From the IMG/VR virus record IMGVR_UViG_2671180676_000002: a stretch of DNA of 19,922 bases; one strand, given 5' to 3'. How positions within the stretch are numbered: position 1 is the stretch's first letter; every line of letters starts with the position of its first letter. The notes beneath the pieces are model-generated. The model searched no databases. It was not told the origin of the DNA and saw only the letters and a program-made list of their open reading frames with translations. This DNA comes from a virus. Taxonomy: Duplodnaviria; Heunggongvirae; Uroviricota; Caudoviricetes. This document shows positions 1 through 7,448 of the stretch, piece by piece. A program made the translations under genes and the position numbers.

Positions 1-202
1 CTTCTTTCATTCGCTGAAGGTGGAATGTATCCACGGGGAACGCTTTAGCAGCCGGGAAATAATGCGGGCAACGGTGTTTAATTATATCGAGTGTGATTAC
101 AATCGCTGGCGTCGTCACAGTGCCTGTGGCGGTCTCAGCCCGGAACAATTTGAAAACCATAATCTCGCTTAGGGCCGTGTCCACATTACGTGGGTAGGAT
201 CA
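1..202 (+). mobile_element. Right end of an IS3-family insertion sequence (element continues upstream of the window)
   Basis: Transposase C-terminus in frame 2..172, followed by a terminal inverted repeat at 173..202 (GGCCGTGTCCACATTACGTGGGTAGGATCA) ending in TCA, resembling IS3-group ends from memory. Exact IS name not determined. Confidence 0.75.
2..172 (+). CDS. IS3-family transposase OrfB, C-terminal fragment (5' end outside window)
   Basis: Translation [56 protein letters not shown] then TAG at 170-172; near-identical in pattern to the C-terminus of IS3 InsF as I recall it. Confidence 0.8.
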   Translation, partial: FFHSLKVECIHGERFSSREIMRATVFNYIECDYNRWRRHSACGGLSPEQFENHNLA

Positions 203-249
203 TTATGCGGGTTTGAGCGGCATAAATTACCACTGAAAGCCCTTAAACG

Positions 250-1263
250 TTACTCTACTGTGGACACTGTGTGGACACTCTCGGCCTCAGTACCACCTCT
301 TAGCGGATTAAGAGAAATGGCGTCCTGAAGGTACTCTGGCGCAAAATGAGCGTAAACCATAGTTTGCTCAATCCGCGTGTGACCTAGTATCCGTTGTAGC
401 GTGATAATACTTCCTCCATTAATCATGAAATGAGTGGCAAAGCTGTGCCTTAGTGCATGTGTGGCTTGCCCCGTTGGCAAATCCGGTTTTATTGCTTTCA
501 TTGTTCGTCTGAAGCGAGGGTAATCAGCATCAGGGAATAAAAAACCTCGTTTGTTATCCGCGATCATTTTGGCAACAGCCTCTGAGATCGGGACGGTGCG
601 TGGTTTGTTTGTTTTCGTTTTAACAAACGTGACGCGGTTATGGATGATATTTTCTGCTTTCAAACGAGCTGCTTCTCCCCAACGTGCTCCTGTACTCAGG
701 CAAAGAATCGCAATCTTTTTATTGTCGCCGTCAAGTGCTGCAAGCAGTAAGGCAATTTCTTCCTGTGTGAGATAGCCTGTTTCTGGTTTTTCCTCCTTAA
801 GCCTCTTTGTCCCTCTGATAGGGTGCTCACCAAAGAATAACTCCGCTTCAATCAGGGCTGTAAACATGCCGCTAATACATGTTAAATCACGATTGATACT
901 CGAAGGTTTAATACCCTGACTTCTTCGGGTGGCGCAGTACTGGCTGATAAGGGATTTCGTGATTTGAAATGCGCATGGGTCATTCGTTATTTTTGTGAAG
1001 ATTTCAATTTTTCCAAGATTAGATTTCCCATGCTCTTCGTGTTTACCCTTTAAATCCCACCAGATCTGTGTCAGTTCCGACAGACGTCGTTTGTCTGTTG
1101 GTTTTGATAGCCATTCTTTATTGTGGTGGTTGTACAACGTGTATTTTTCGAAAGCGACAGCTTCGCTTTTCTTATCAAACTTCCTACGGATGCGTTTTCC
1201 GTTACGTCCAGTAGGGCGGATGTCCACTTCATATCGACCATCATCGAGTTTTTTGATTGCCAT
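250..1263 (-). CDS. int: Phage integrase, tyrosine recombinase (P2 Int type), 337 aa
   Basis: Full ORF in track; C-terminal catalytic region with HALRHSFATHF...LGHTRIEQTMVYAHF (R-H-R-Y family signature); RBS GGAGGG 7 nt upstream of ATG at 1263; length and position next to C match P2 int. Confidence 0.95.
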   Translation of the reverse strand: MAIKKLDDGRYEVDIRPTGRNGKRIRRKFDKKSEAVAFEKYTLYNHHNKEWLSKPTDKRRLSELTQIWWDLKGKHEEHGKSNLGKIEIFTKITNDPCAFQITKSLISQYCATRRSQGIKPSSINRDLTCISGMFTALIEAELFFGEHPIRGTKRLKEEKPETGYLTQEEIALLLAALDGDNKKIAILCLSTGARWGEAARLKAENIIHNRVTFVKTKTNKPRTVPISEAVAKMIADNKRGFLFPDADYPRFRRTMKAIKPDLPTGQATHALRHSFATHFMINGGSIITLQRILGHTRIEQTMVYAHFAPEYLQDAISLNPLRGGTEAESVHTVSTVE

Positions 1264-1378
1264 CAGAAAACCCTCCGAGTGGTACTTTTTTTTGCTACTA
1301 CTAATCGCTTTTTTCGTGGTGGCTGAAATTTAGCCACCAATAGTAGGCACTTGTGATGAATATATTCACGATGAATTG

Positions 1379-1678
1379 TTAACCAGTCTTTTGACCGGAG
1401 TGGGGCGACGTTGTTTCGTTTTGCCCAAAGTGTGCGAGAGCGGGCGCAATTTGCCCGGACTCAGGAGCGATCTGATTGGTCATGAACCATAAAGTGTATT
1501 TGGTGAATTGTGGGGTCTGCAGGATGTTCATCATGACATCTGTTGGAGGTGTTGAACGACCACTTTCATAGTAACTCAGCGTGCCATACGGAACCCCTGT
1601 TAAATCAGCAAGTTGTTGTCTGCTCAAATACTCAGATTTTCGCATTAAGACTATCTTCTCGCTTATCGTGTTTGACAT
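1379..1678 (-). CDS. C: Immunity repressor C, 99 aa (helix-turn-helix)
   Basis: 99-aa ORF divergent from cox, HTH-like segment LSRQQLADLTGVPYGTLSYYESG; start codon overlaps the -35 of the early promoter; matches P2 C in size and position. Confidence 0.9.
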   Translation of the reverse strand: MSNTISEKIVLMRKSEYLSRQQLADLTGVPYGTLSYYESGRSTPPTDVMMNILQTPQFTKYTLWFMTNQIAPESGQIAPALAHFGQNETTSPHSGQKTG

Positions 1679-1755
1679 GGTGTTTAGATCTCAATAGTAT
1701 TTAGTTTAGATGTAGATTGTTTAGTGCTTGGATGTGGGCACTAAAAGGCATTATA
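1672..1755. promoter_or_regulatory. Immunity switch: early promoter Pe (rightward), C operator direct repeats, and convergent Pc -10
   Basis: -35 TTGACA at 1672-1677, 17-bp spacer, -10 TAGTAT at 1695-1700. Ten-bp direct repeats TGTTTAGATC (1681-1690) and AGTTTAGATG (1703-1712), 22 bp apart, flank the -10 as described for P2 C operators. Reverse-strand TATAAT at 1750-1755 is a candidate Pc -10. Confidence 0.6.
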
Positions 1756-1792
1756 AGGCATTAAACGCAATTCATGAGGGCTGGAGGACGAC

Positions 1793-2068
1793 ATGAGCAA
1801 GCAAGTAACACTCATGACTGATGCGATTCCTTATCAGGAGTTCGCAAAACTAATAGGAAAATCGACAGGAGCGGTTCGTCGGATGATCGATAAAGGAAAG
1901 CTGCCTGTAATTGATATGACCGATCCACAATCAGCTTCAGGTCGTGCAGGTGAATATTGGGTATACCTTCCGGCATGGAATAACGGACTAAAACTGGCTT
2001 ATGAAAGCCGCCCTAAAGAGATTCGTGACGGCTGGTTGATGTGGTTAGGTCTCGGTGAACCACGTTAA
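1793..2068 (+). CDS. cox: Cox: excisionase and transcriptional regulator, 91 aa
   Basis: First gene rightward of the switch, RBS GGAGGA at 1783-1788, 91 aa as in P2 Cox. Confidence 0.9.
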   Translation: MSKQVTLMTDAIPYQEFAKLIGKSTGAVRRMIDKGKLPVIDMTDPQSASGRAGEYWVYLPAWNNGLKLAYESRPKEIRDGWLMWLGLGEPR

Positions 2069-2078
2069 GGAGAACCGT

Positions 2079-2249
2079 ATGAATGAGCCTCGTTGTATTG
2101 CTCAGTTACTGCGTAACGAAAGCCCCAGGGCGATTGACTTCACCATTACCCACGGTAAGGGGCGTAAGGGAATCATTATCCGCACCAAAAAACAGAGTCC
2201 GTTAAAGAAGGCTCTGACCTTTCTGAAAAGTCGGAGGGTCTGGAAATGA
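2079..2249 (+). CDS. Small hypothetical early protein (orf78 position of P2)
   Basis: ATG at 2079 preceded by AGGAG with 6-nt spacer; stop overlaps B start (ATGA). The ORF-track version from 2055 uses a GTG with no RBS. Confidence 0.5.
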   Translation: MNEPRCIAQLLRNESPRAIDFTITHGKGRKGIIIRTKKQSPLKKALTFLKSRRVWK

Positions 2250-2746
2250 CAGTGATGACGCTCAATCTTGTTGAAAAACAGCCAGCAGCTATGCGCCGGA
2301 TAATTGGTAAGCATCTGGCCGTCCCTCGCTGGCAGGAGACATGCGATTATTATAATCAGATGATGGAACGTGAACGGCTAACGGTTTGCTTCCATGCGCA
2401 GTTAAAACAGCGTCACACAACGATGCGTTTTGAAGAAATGAACGACGTCGAACGTGAACGACTGGTATGTGCAATTGATGAATTGCGTGGGGCATTCTCA
2501 AAACGCCGTCAGGTTGGCGCAAGTGAGTATGCATATATTAGTTTTTTAACAGTCAGTCAGCGTCGCACTTTATTTATGCACGCACGACTGACAGAAAAAG
2601 AATTTAACCAGCCATACTGGCGAATTAATGAGGAATCATGTTACTGGCGTGATGCTTTATTCCGTGCATTACGTGAATTATTCAGTCTGTTTGAGTATGC
2701 ACCGACAATTCTGACGTCGGTAAAACCAGAGCAATATCTGCATTAA
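2246..2746 (+). CDS. B: Replication protein B (helicase-loader-like), 166 aa
   Basis: 166-aa ORF, RBS GGAGG, position and length as P2 B. Confidence 0.85.
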   Translation: MTVMTLNLVEKQPAAMRRIIGKHLAVPRWQETCDYYNQMMERERLTVCFHAQLKQRHTTMRFEEMNDVERERLVCAIDELRGAFSKRRQVGASEYAYISFLTVSQRRTLFMHARLTEKEFNQPYWRINEESCYWRDALFRALRELFSLFEYAPTILTSVKPEQYLH

Positions 2747-2809
2747 GTAATTAACCAGAGTTTTTAACGCGCTTAATCGTGCGGGGCTTCTTTTTGCCCG
2801 GAGAAAGTC

Positions 2810-3034
2810 ATGCATACAGTTTCTGAAAATCAGTGCGGTAAATACGCATTACTGCTGCAACAGGCCAGAACCGAAGCACAGGCCGACGCTGCGACGCGCT
2901 TTTCTTCTCATCTTGACGCCATGATTCGCCACATCACAAAGGCGGAGTTATCCCGCGTGGAGATAGTCGAGCTGCTCAGTCAGGAGTCGGAAAAATTTCA
3001 CAATATCGGATTGTCTCGCGGGGAGGTGCTTTGA
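2810..3034 (+). CDS. Hypothetical early protein (orf80 position)
   Basis: ORF with GGAGA RBS; overlaps next gene by 4 nt. Confidence 0.7.
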   Translation: MHTVSENQCGKYALLLQQARTEAQADAATRFSSHLDAMIRHITKAELSRVEIVELLSQESEKFHNIGLSRGEVL

Positions 3035-3336
3035 TGTCCTGTTCTCGTTCAGTTGTATTACTGAATAACGCCTTAAAAATCGCCGTTATGGAAAATGGCG
3101 ATTTGTCTCTTATTCAACTTGGTCTTGATAAAGAAAAGCGCGACATAACTGAATCTGTTATCGCGATTTATCAGAATGAATTAAACCTCCTGTCTGATGT
3201 GGTCAATTTACTTGTTAAACGCGCTGTATTTCACAAGCAAATCTCCTCCGTGGATGAACTGACGAAATTAACGACAGAAATTGCCAGCTATTGCGCTGAT
3301 GAATTTAAAAAACTTAACGACAAAAGGAGCTGGTAA
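3031..3336 (+). CDS. Hypothetical early protein (orf81 position)
   Basis: ORF translationally coupled to neighbours. Confidence 0.7.
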   Translation: MMSCSRSVVLLNNALKIAVMENGDLSLIQLGLDKEKRDITESVIAIYQNELNLLSDVVNLLVKRAVFHKQISSVDELTKLTTEIASYCADEFKKLNDKRSW

Positions 3337-3560
3337 TGCCGGACAACGTAGATTTTATTCAGGAACAACAGGCTGAATTACTGGAGCGTCAGATTAACGC
3401 GGCAAGGGTAAAACATTGCGGTGCTTCTGCGCTGGTTTGCGAAGAGTGTGACGCGCCAATACCTGCTGCCCGTCGTGCGGCTTATCCGTCAGCCACGCGT
3501 TGTGTTTCCTGTCAGTCAGTCTTTGAAGCAAAAAACAAACATTACCGGAGAACGGCATGA
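3336..3560 (+). CDS. TraR/DksA-family C4 zinc-finger protein (orf82 position)
   Basis: CEEC..x17..CVSC four-cysteine motif in a 74-aa protein; RBS AAAGGAG upstream. Confidence 0.8.
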   Translation: MPDNVDFIQEQQAELLERQINAARVKHCGASALVCEECDAPIPAARRAAYPSATRCVSCQSVFEAKNKHYRRTA

Positions 3561-3832
3561 GTATTCGTATCGAAATTGGCGAACGTTATGTTGTTACCAG
3601 TGACAGCTTTCAGTTTATTCTCCACGAGAAAAAGAGAGCGGAAAGCGGTAAAAACGCCGGTCAGGAATGGCTGGCGGTGGTTGGTTATTACCCGAAATTA
3701 AGCCAGCTCGTTTCCGGCCTGATGCATCACGATATTCTGACCGGAAGCGCAAAATCTTTTGCCGATTTAAACGCGCAGGTTGAGCAACTCAGCAGGCGTT
3801 GTTCAGAGGCTTTTGGCTCATATGGACGTTAA
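3557..3832 (+). CDS. Hypothetical early protein (orf83 position)
   Basis: 91-aa ORF overlapping the upstream gene by 4 nt and running into the start of A. Confidence 0.7.
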   Translation: MSIRIEIGERYVVTSDSFQFILHEKKRAESGKNAGQEWLAVVGYYPKLSQLVSGLMHHDILTGSAKSFADLNAQVEQLSRRCSEAFGSYGR

Positions 3833-6101
3833 AGCCTCCGGGCGTTTTGTCCCTCCGTCAGCATTTGCCGCAGGCACCGGTAAGGCGTTTACCGGTGCTT
3901 ATGCATGGAACGCGCCACGCGAGGCTGTCGGGCGCGAAAGACCTCTTACACGTGACGAGATGCGTCAGGTGCAAGGTGTTTTATCCACGATTAATCGCCT
4001 GCCTTATTTTTTGCGCTCGCTGTTTACTTCACGCTATGACTACATCCGGCGCAATAAAAGCCCGGTGCACGGGTTTTATTTCCTCACATCCACTTTTCAG
4101 CGTCGTTTATGGCCGCGCATTGAGCGCGTGAATCAGCGCCATGAAATGAACACCGACGCGTCGTTGCTGTTTCTGGCAGAGCGCGACCAGTATGCGCGCC
4201 TGCCGGGGATGAATGACAAGGAGCTGAAAAAGTTTGCCGCCCGTATCTCATCACAGCTTTTCATGATGTATGAGGAACTCTGCGATGCCTGGGTGGATGC
4301 GCATGGCGAGAAAGAATCGCTGTTTACGGATGAGGCGCAGGCTCACCTCTATGGTCATGTTGCTGGCGCTGCACGTGCTTTCAATATTTCCCCGCTTTAC
4401 TGGAAAAAATACCGTAAAGGACAGATGACCACGAGGCAGGCATATTCTGCAATTGCCCGTCTGTTTAACGATGAGTGGTGGACTCATCAGCTTAAAGGCC
4501 AGCGTATGCGCTGGCATGAGGCGTTACTGATTGCTGTCGGGGAGGTAAATAAAGACCGTTCACCTTATGCCAGTAAACATGCCATTCGTGATGTGCGTGC
4601 GCGCCGCCAGGCAAATCTGGAATTTCTTAAATCGTGTGACCTTGAAAACAGGGAAACCGGCGAACGCATCGACCTTATCAGTAAGGTGATGGGCAGTATT
4701 TCTAATCCTGAAATTCGCCGGATGGAGCTGATGAACACCATTGCCGGTATTGAGCGTTACGCCGCCGCAGAGGGTGATGTGGGGATGTTTATCACGCTGA
4801 CCGCGCCGTCAAAGTATCACCCGACTCGTCAGGTCAGAAAAGGCGAAAGTAAAACCGTTCAGCTTAATCACGGCTGGAACGATGAGGCATTTAATCCAAA
4901 GGATGCGCAGCGTTATCTCTGCCGCATCTGGAGCCTGATGCGCACGGCATTCAAGGATAATGATTTACAGGTCTACGGTTTGCGTGTCGTCGAGCCACAC
5001 CACGACGGAACGCCGCACTGGCATATGATGCTTTTTTGTAATCCACGCCAGCGTAACCAGATTATCGAAATCATGCGTCGCTATGCGCTCAAAGAGGATG
5101 GTGACGAAAGAGGAGCCGCGCGAAACCGTTTTCAGGCAAAACACCTTAACCGGGGCGGTGCTGCGGGATATATCGCAAAATACATCTCAAAAAATATCGA
5201 CGGCTATGCACTGGATGGTCAGCTCGATAACGATACCGGCAGGCCGCTGAAAGACACTGCAGCGGCTGTTACCGCATGGGCGTCAACGTGGCGCATCCCG
5301 CAATTTAAAACGGTTGGTCTGCCGACAATGGGGGCTTACCGTGAACTACGCAAATTGCCTCGCGGCGTCAGCATTGCTGATGAGTTTGACGAGCGCGTCG
5401 AGGCTGCACGCGCCGCTGCAGACAGTGGTGATTTTGCGTTGTATATCAGCGCGCAGGGCGGGGCAAATGTCCCGCGCGATTGTCAGACTGTCAGGGTCGC
5501 CCGTAGCCCGTCGGATGACGTTAACGAGTACGAGGAAGAAGTCGAGAGAGTGGTCGGCATTTACGCGCCGCATCTCGGCGCGCGTCATATTCATATCACC
5601 AGAACGACGGACTGGCGCATTGTGCCGAAAGTGCCGGTCGTTGAGCCTTTGACTTTAAAAAGCGGCATCGCCGCGCCTCGGAGTCCTGTCAATAACTGTG
5701 GAAAGCTCACCGGCGGTAATACTTCGTTACCGGCTCCCACGCCTTCTGAACACGCCGCAGCCGTGCTTAATCTGGCTGATGACGGTGTTATCGAATGGAA
5801 TGACCCGGATGTCGTGAGGGCGCTCAGGGGCGCATTAAAACACGGGCTGAGAACGCCAAATCGTCAACAAAGAAACGGAAGCCCGTTAAAACCGCATGAA
5901 ATTGCACCATCGGCCAGACTGAGCCGGTCTGAACGATTGCAAATCACCCGTATCCGCGTTGACCTTGCTCAGAACGGTATCAGGCCGCAGCGATGGGAGC
6001 TTGAGGCGCTGGCGCGTGGCGCGACCGTAAATTATGACGGGAAAAAATTCACGTATCCGGTCGCTGATGAGTGGCCGGGATTCTGGCATCAATTTGAGTA
6101 A
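3822..6101 (+). CDS. A: Replication initiation protein A (rolling-circle HUH endonuclease)
   Basis: Long ORF ending TAA at 6099-6101; HUH motif PHWHMMLF (H-W-H at 5016-5024) and paired tyrosines YIAKYISK (Y codons at 5169-5171 and 5181-5183). Start is ambiguous: the ORF track opens at TTG 3780, I prefer ATG 3822. Confidence 0.9.
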   Translation: MDVKASGRFVPPSAFAAGTGKAFTGAYAWNAPREAVGRERPLTRDEMRQVQGVLSTINRLPYFLRSLFTSRYDYIRRNKSPVHGFYFLTSTFQRRLWPRIERVNQRHEMNTDASLLFLAERDQYARLPGMNDKELKKFAARISSQLFMMYEELCDAWVDAHGEKESLFTDEAQAHLYGHVAGAARAFNISPLYWKKYRKGQMTTRQAYSAIARLFNDEWWTHQLKGQRMRWHEALLIAVGEVNKDRSPYASKHAIRDVRARRQANLEFLKSCDLENRETGERIDLISKVMGSISNPEIRRMELMNTIAGIERYAAAEGDVGMFITLTAPSKYHPTRQVRKGESKTVQLNHGWNDEAFNPKDAQRYLCRIWSLMRTAFKDNDLQVYGLRVVEPHHDGTPHWHMMLFCNPRQRNQIIEIMRRYALKEDGDERGAARNRFQAKHLNRGGAAGYIAKYISKNIDGYALDGQLDNDTGRPLKDTAAAVTAWASTWRIPQFKTVGLPTMGAYRELRKLPRGVSIADEFDERVEAARAAADSGDFALYISAQGGANVPRDCQTVRVARSPSDDVNEYEEEVERVVGIYAPHLGARHIHITRTTDWRIVPKVPVVEPLTLKSGIAAPRSPVNNCGKLTGGNTSLPAPTPSEHAAAVLNLADDGVIEWNDPDVVRALRGALKHGLRTPNRQQRNGSPLKPHEIAPSARLSRSERLQITRIRVDLAQNGIRPQRWELEALARGATVNYDGKKFTYPVADEWPGFWHQFE

Positions 6102-6191
6102 TGATCTCATCTATACAGTATTAAGCAGTTTTGACTGTAATTGATTGTTTTTTATATGGTTGCATGCATTAAATCTACGTCAATATCATTA

Positions 6192-6200
6192 TGTTATAAT
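6192..6200 (+). promoter_or_regulatory. Candidate extended -10 promoter for the plus-strand accessory genes
   Basis: TGtTATAAT (TG at 6192-6193, consensus TATAAT at 6195-6200) in an AT-rich leader, about 30 nt upstream of the ATG at 6229. Confidence 0.4.
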
Positions 6201-6228
6201 GCATTACTTAAAAATGTTGGAGACAAAA

Positions 6229-6420
6229 ATGTTAAAGCCTGCAGATGTTGTTTGTTTGAAAAGCGGTGGATTTAAAATGACTGTATCTGACTCTACTGAG
6301 ACTCATGCTAAATGTATTTGGCATGATAAAGAAGGAGTTTTGCACGAGGAGTCATTCTCCATTGATTTACTGGAAATAGCAGAGAGTAAAAGTGGTATGC
6401 TGTGTCGTCCACGTAAGTGA
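6229..6420 (+). CDS. Small DUF2158/YodC-like protein (about 63 aa)
   Basis: ATG at 6229 with GGAGA RBS (6219-6223); VVCLKSGGFKMTV...CIWHDKEG..HEESF..LLEI resembles the YodC/DUF2158 small-protein pattern from memory. The 91-aa track version starts at a TTG without RBS. Confidence 0.6.
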   Translation: MLKPADVVCLKSGGFKMTVSDSTETHAKCIWHDKEGVLHEESFSIDLLEIAESKSGMLCRPRK

Positions 6421-6447
6421 ATCACAATAAAATTCACGGGGGAAAGT

Positions 6448-7128
6448 ATGAAACAATACAGCGAATTAGAAAACAATGTTAAGAGATTCATTGTTGAGCA
6501 TGAAAAAGGGATTTCTATTGATGATATTCATCATAAGTTCCGGATGAAGGATGGTCAGAATCGCAAGATGGCAGATTATCTTATTGATAATAAAAAGATA
6601 ATTTTGGAGATGAAAAGTCTTTTTTCTGACAGGGTCAAGAATGTCAATGATAAATTGAATGAGTTGGTTAAAACTGATAGTTGGCTTGCAAAAAACTGGC
6701 ATGGTGCTATTCATTTAGAAGAGTTGATAAAAAGACACCCAGACTCAAAGCGATTTAGAAATGATATAATGAACTTTGCTTATGAAAATATTAAAACAAA
6801 GGTAGTTAAAGAAGCTAATAAGCAAATAAATGCAACAAAGGATGTTTTGGGTTTAAATGACTCGATTGGCGGATTGATTTTGTTAAATGATAATGTCTTT
6901 TCACATGAGTTTAATTATTTGTCAGATGAAATATTATATTTGCTAGGCACAAAGAGATATTCGAGTGTTGAGTTTGTGGTTTATATTGCAAAATTGATTG
7001 ATAAACAGGTTGATGTTTGTGTGCTACTTGACAGTCAATCTAAAAATAAAAATTATATTGAATGGTATATGAATAATGTTTTTTTGTTGAACTGGGCGTC
7101 TTTTAATAAATATGCAATAAAGATGTAG
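6448..7128 (+). CDS. Hypothetical protein, 226 aa, AT-rich accessory gene (candidate phage-exclusion/defence protein)
   Basis: Clean ORF with purine-rich RBS (GGGGGAAAG) 27 nt after the upstream stop; Lys/Asn/Ile-rich composition; possible D43..E54-x-K56 nuclease-like motif (ADYLIDNKKIILEMK). Function not established. Confidence 0.75.
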   Translation: MKQYSELENNVKRFIVEHEKGISIDDIHHKFRMKDGQNRKMADYLIDNKKIILEMKSLFSDRVKNVNDKLNELVKTDSWLAKNWHGAIHLEELIKRHPDSKRFRNDIMNFAYENIKTKVVKEANKQINATKDVLGLNDSIGGLILLNDNVFSHEFNYLSDEILYLLGTKRYSSVEFVVYIAKLIDKQVDVCVLLDSQSKNKNYIEWYMNNVFLLNWASFNKYAIKM

Positions 7129-7379
7129 TGGTGTGGATGGATATGAAATGAGTCAACCAAGATGCACCTTGGTCAGTAATCTCATGTGAGATACCACATA
7201 TAACACCAAAAGTGTCAGGTTGATGGCCATTGTTCACCGTTTACAGCAGATTATGGTCAACGAAAATCTGACGCCCGATGAGCTAGTCGGGTGTGCCGAA
7301 ATAGTCAGGGATAATTACGAACAGCTTAACTATATCGGTCAGTCCAGCCTTGCGCCGCCACCACGCAGACGATAGAGAA

Positions 7380-7418
7380 CCCCGCCAGCAATGAAACATG
7401 TTTTCAGTGCTGGCGGGG
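7380..7418. terminator. Hairpin between convergent accessory genes (likely terminator, mainly for the minus-strand gene)
   Basis: Perfect 11-bp stem CCCCGCCAGCA / TGCTGGCGGGG with a 17-nt loop; lies 31 nt downstream of the minus-strand gene stop. Confidence 0.45.
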
Positions 7419-7448
7419 TTGAACAACGAACGAAGTGAGGCGTTAGCA

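Noticed and set aside
551-1333. Plus-strand ORFs 551-775, 995-1333 and 1123-1326
   Set aside because: They lie antisense to or overlap the well-supported integrase gene and have no RBS or recognisable product; treated as shadow ORFs.
2102-2534. Minus-strand ORFs 2102-2314 and 2289-2534
   Set aside because: Antisense to orf78 and B within a tightly coupled early operon; no start signals.
3421-4131. ORFs 3421-3603 and 3799-4131 in alternative frames
   Set aside because: Overlap orf82/orf83 and A in other frames; backbone genes account for the region.
6145-6420. 91-aa version of the small accessory ORF starting at 6145
   Set aside because: Starts at a TTG with no RBS and reads through the promoter-like region; the ATG at 6229 with GGAGA RBS is the better start.
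6303-6714. Minus-strand ORFs 6303-6491 and 6466-6714 in the accessory island
   Set aside because: Antisense to the better-supported plus-strand genes; long random ORFs are expected in AT-rich DNA only when stop-poor frames occur, and these have no start signals.
7156-7171. Short hairpin CCAAG-N6-CTTGG after the 226-aa gene
   Set aside because: Only a 5-bp stem with no T tract; too weak to call a terminator.
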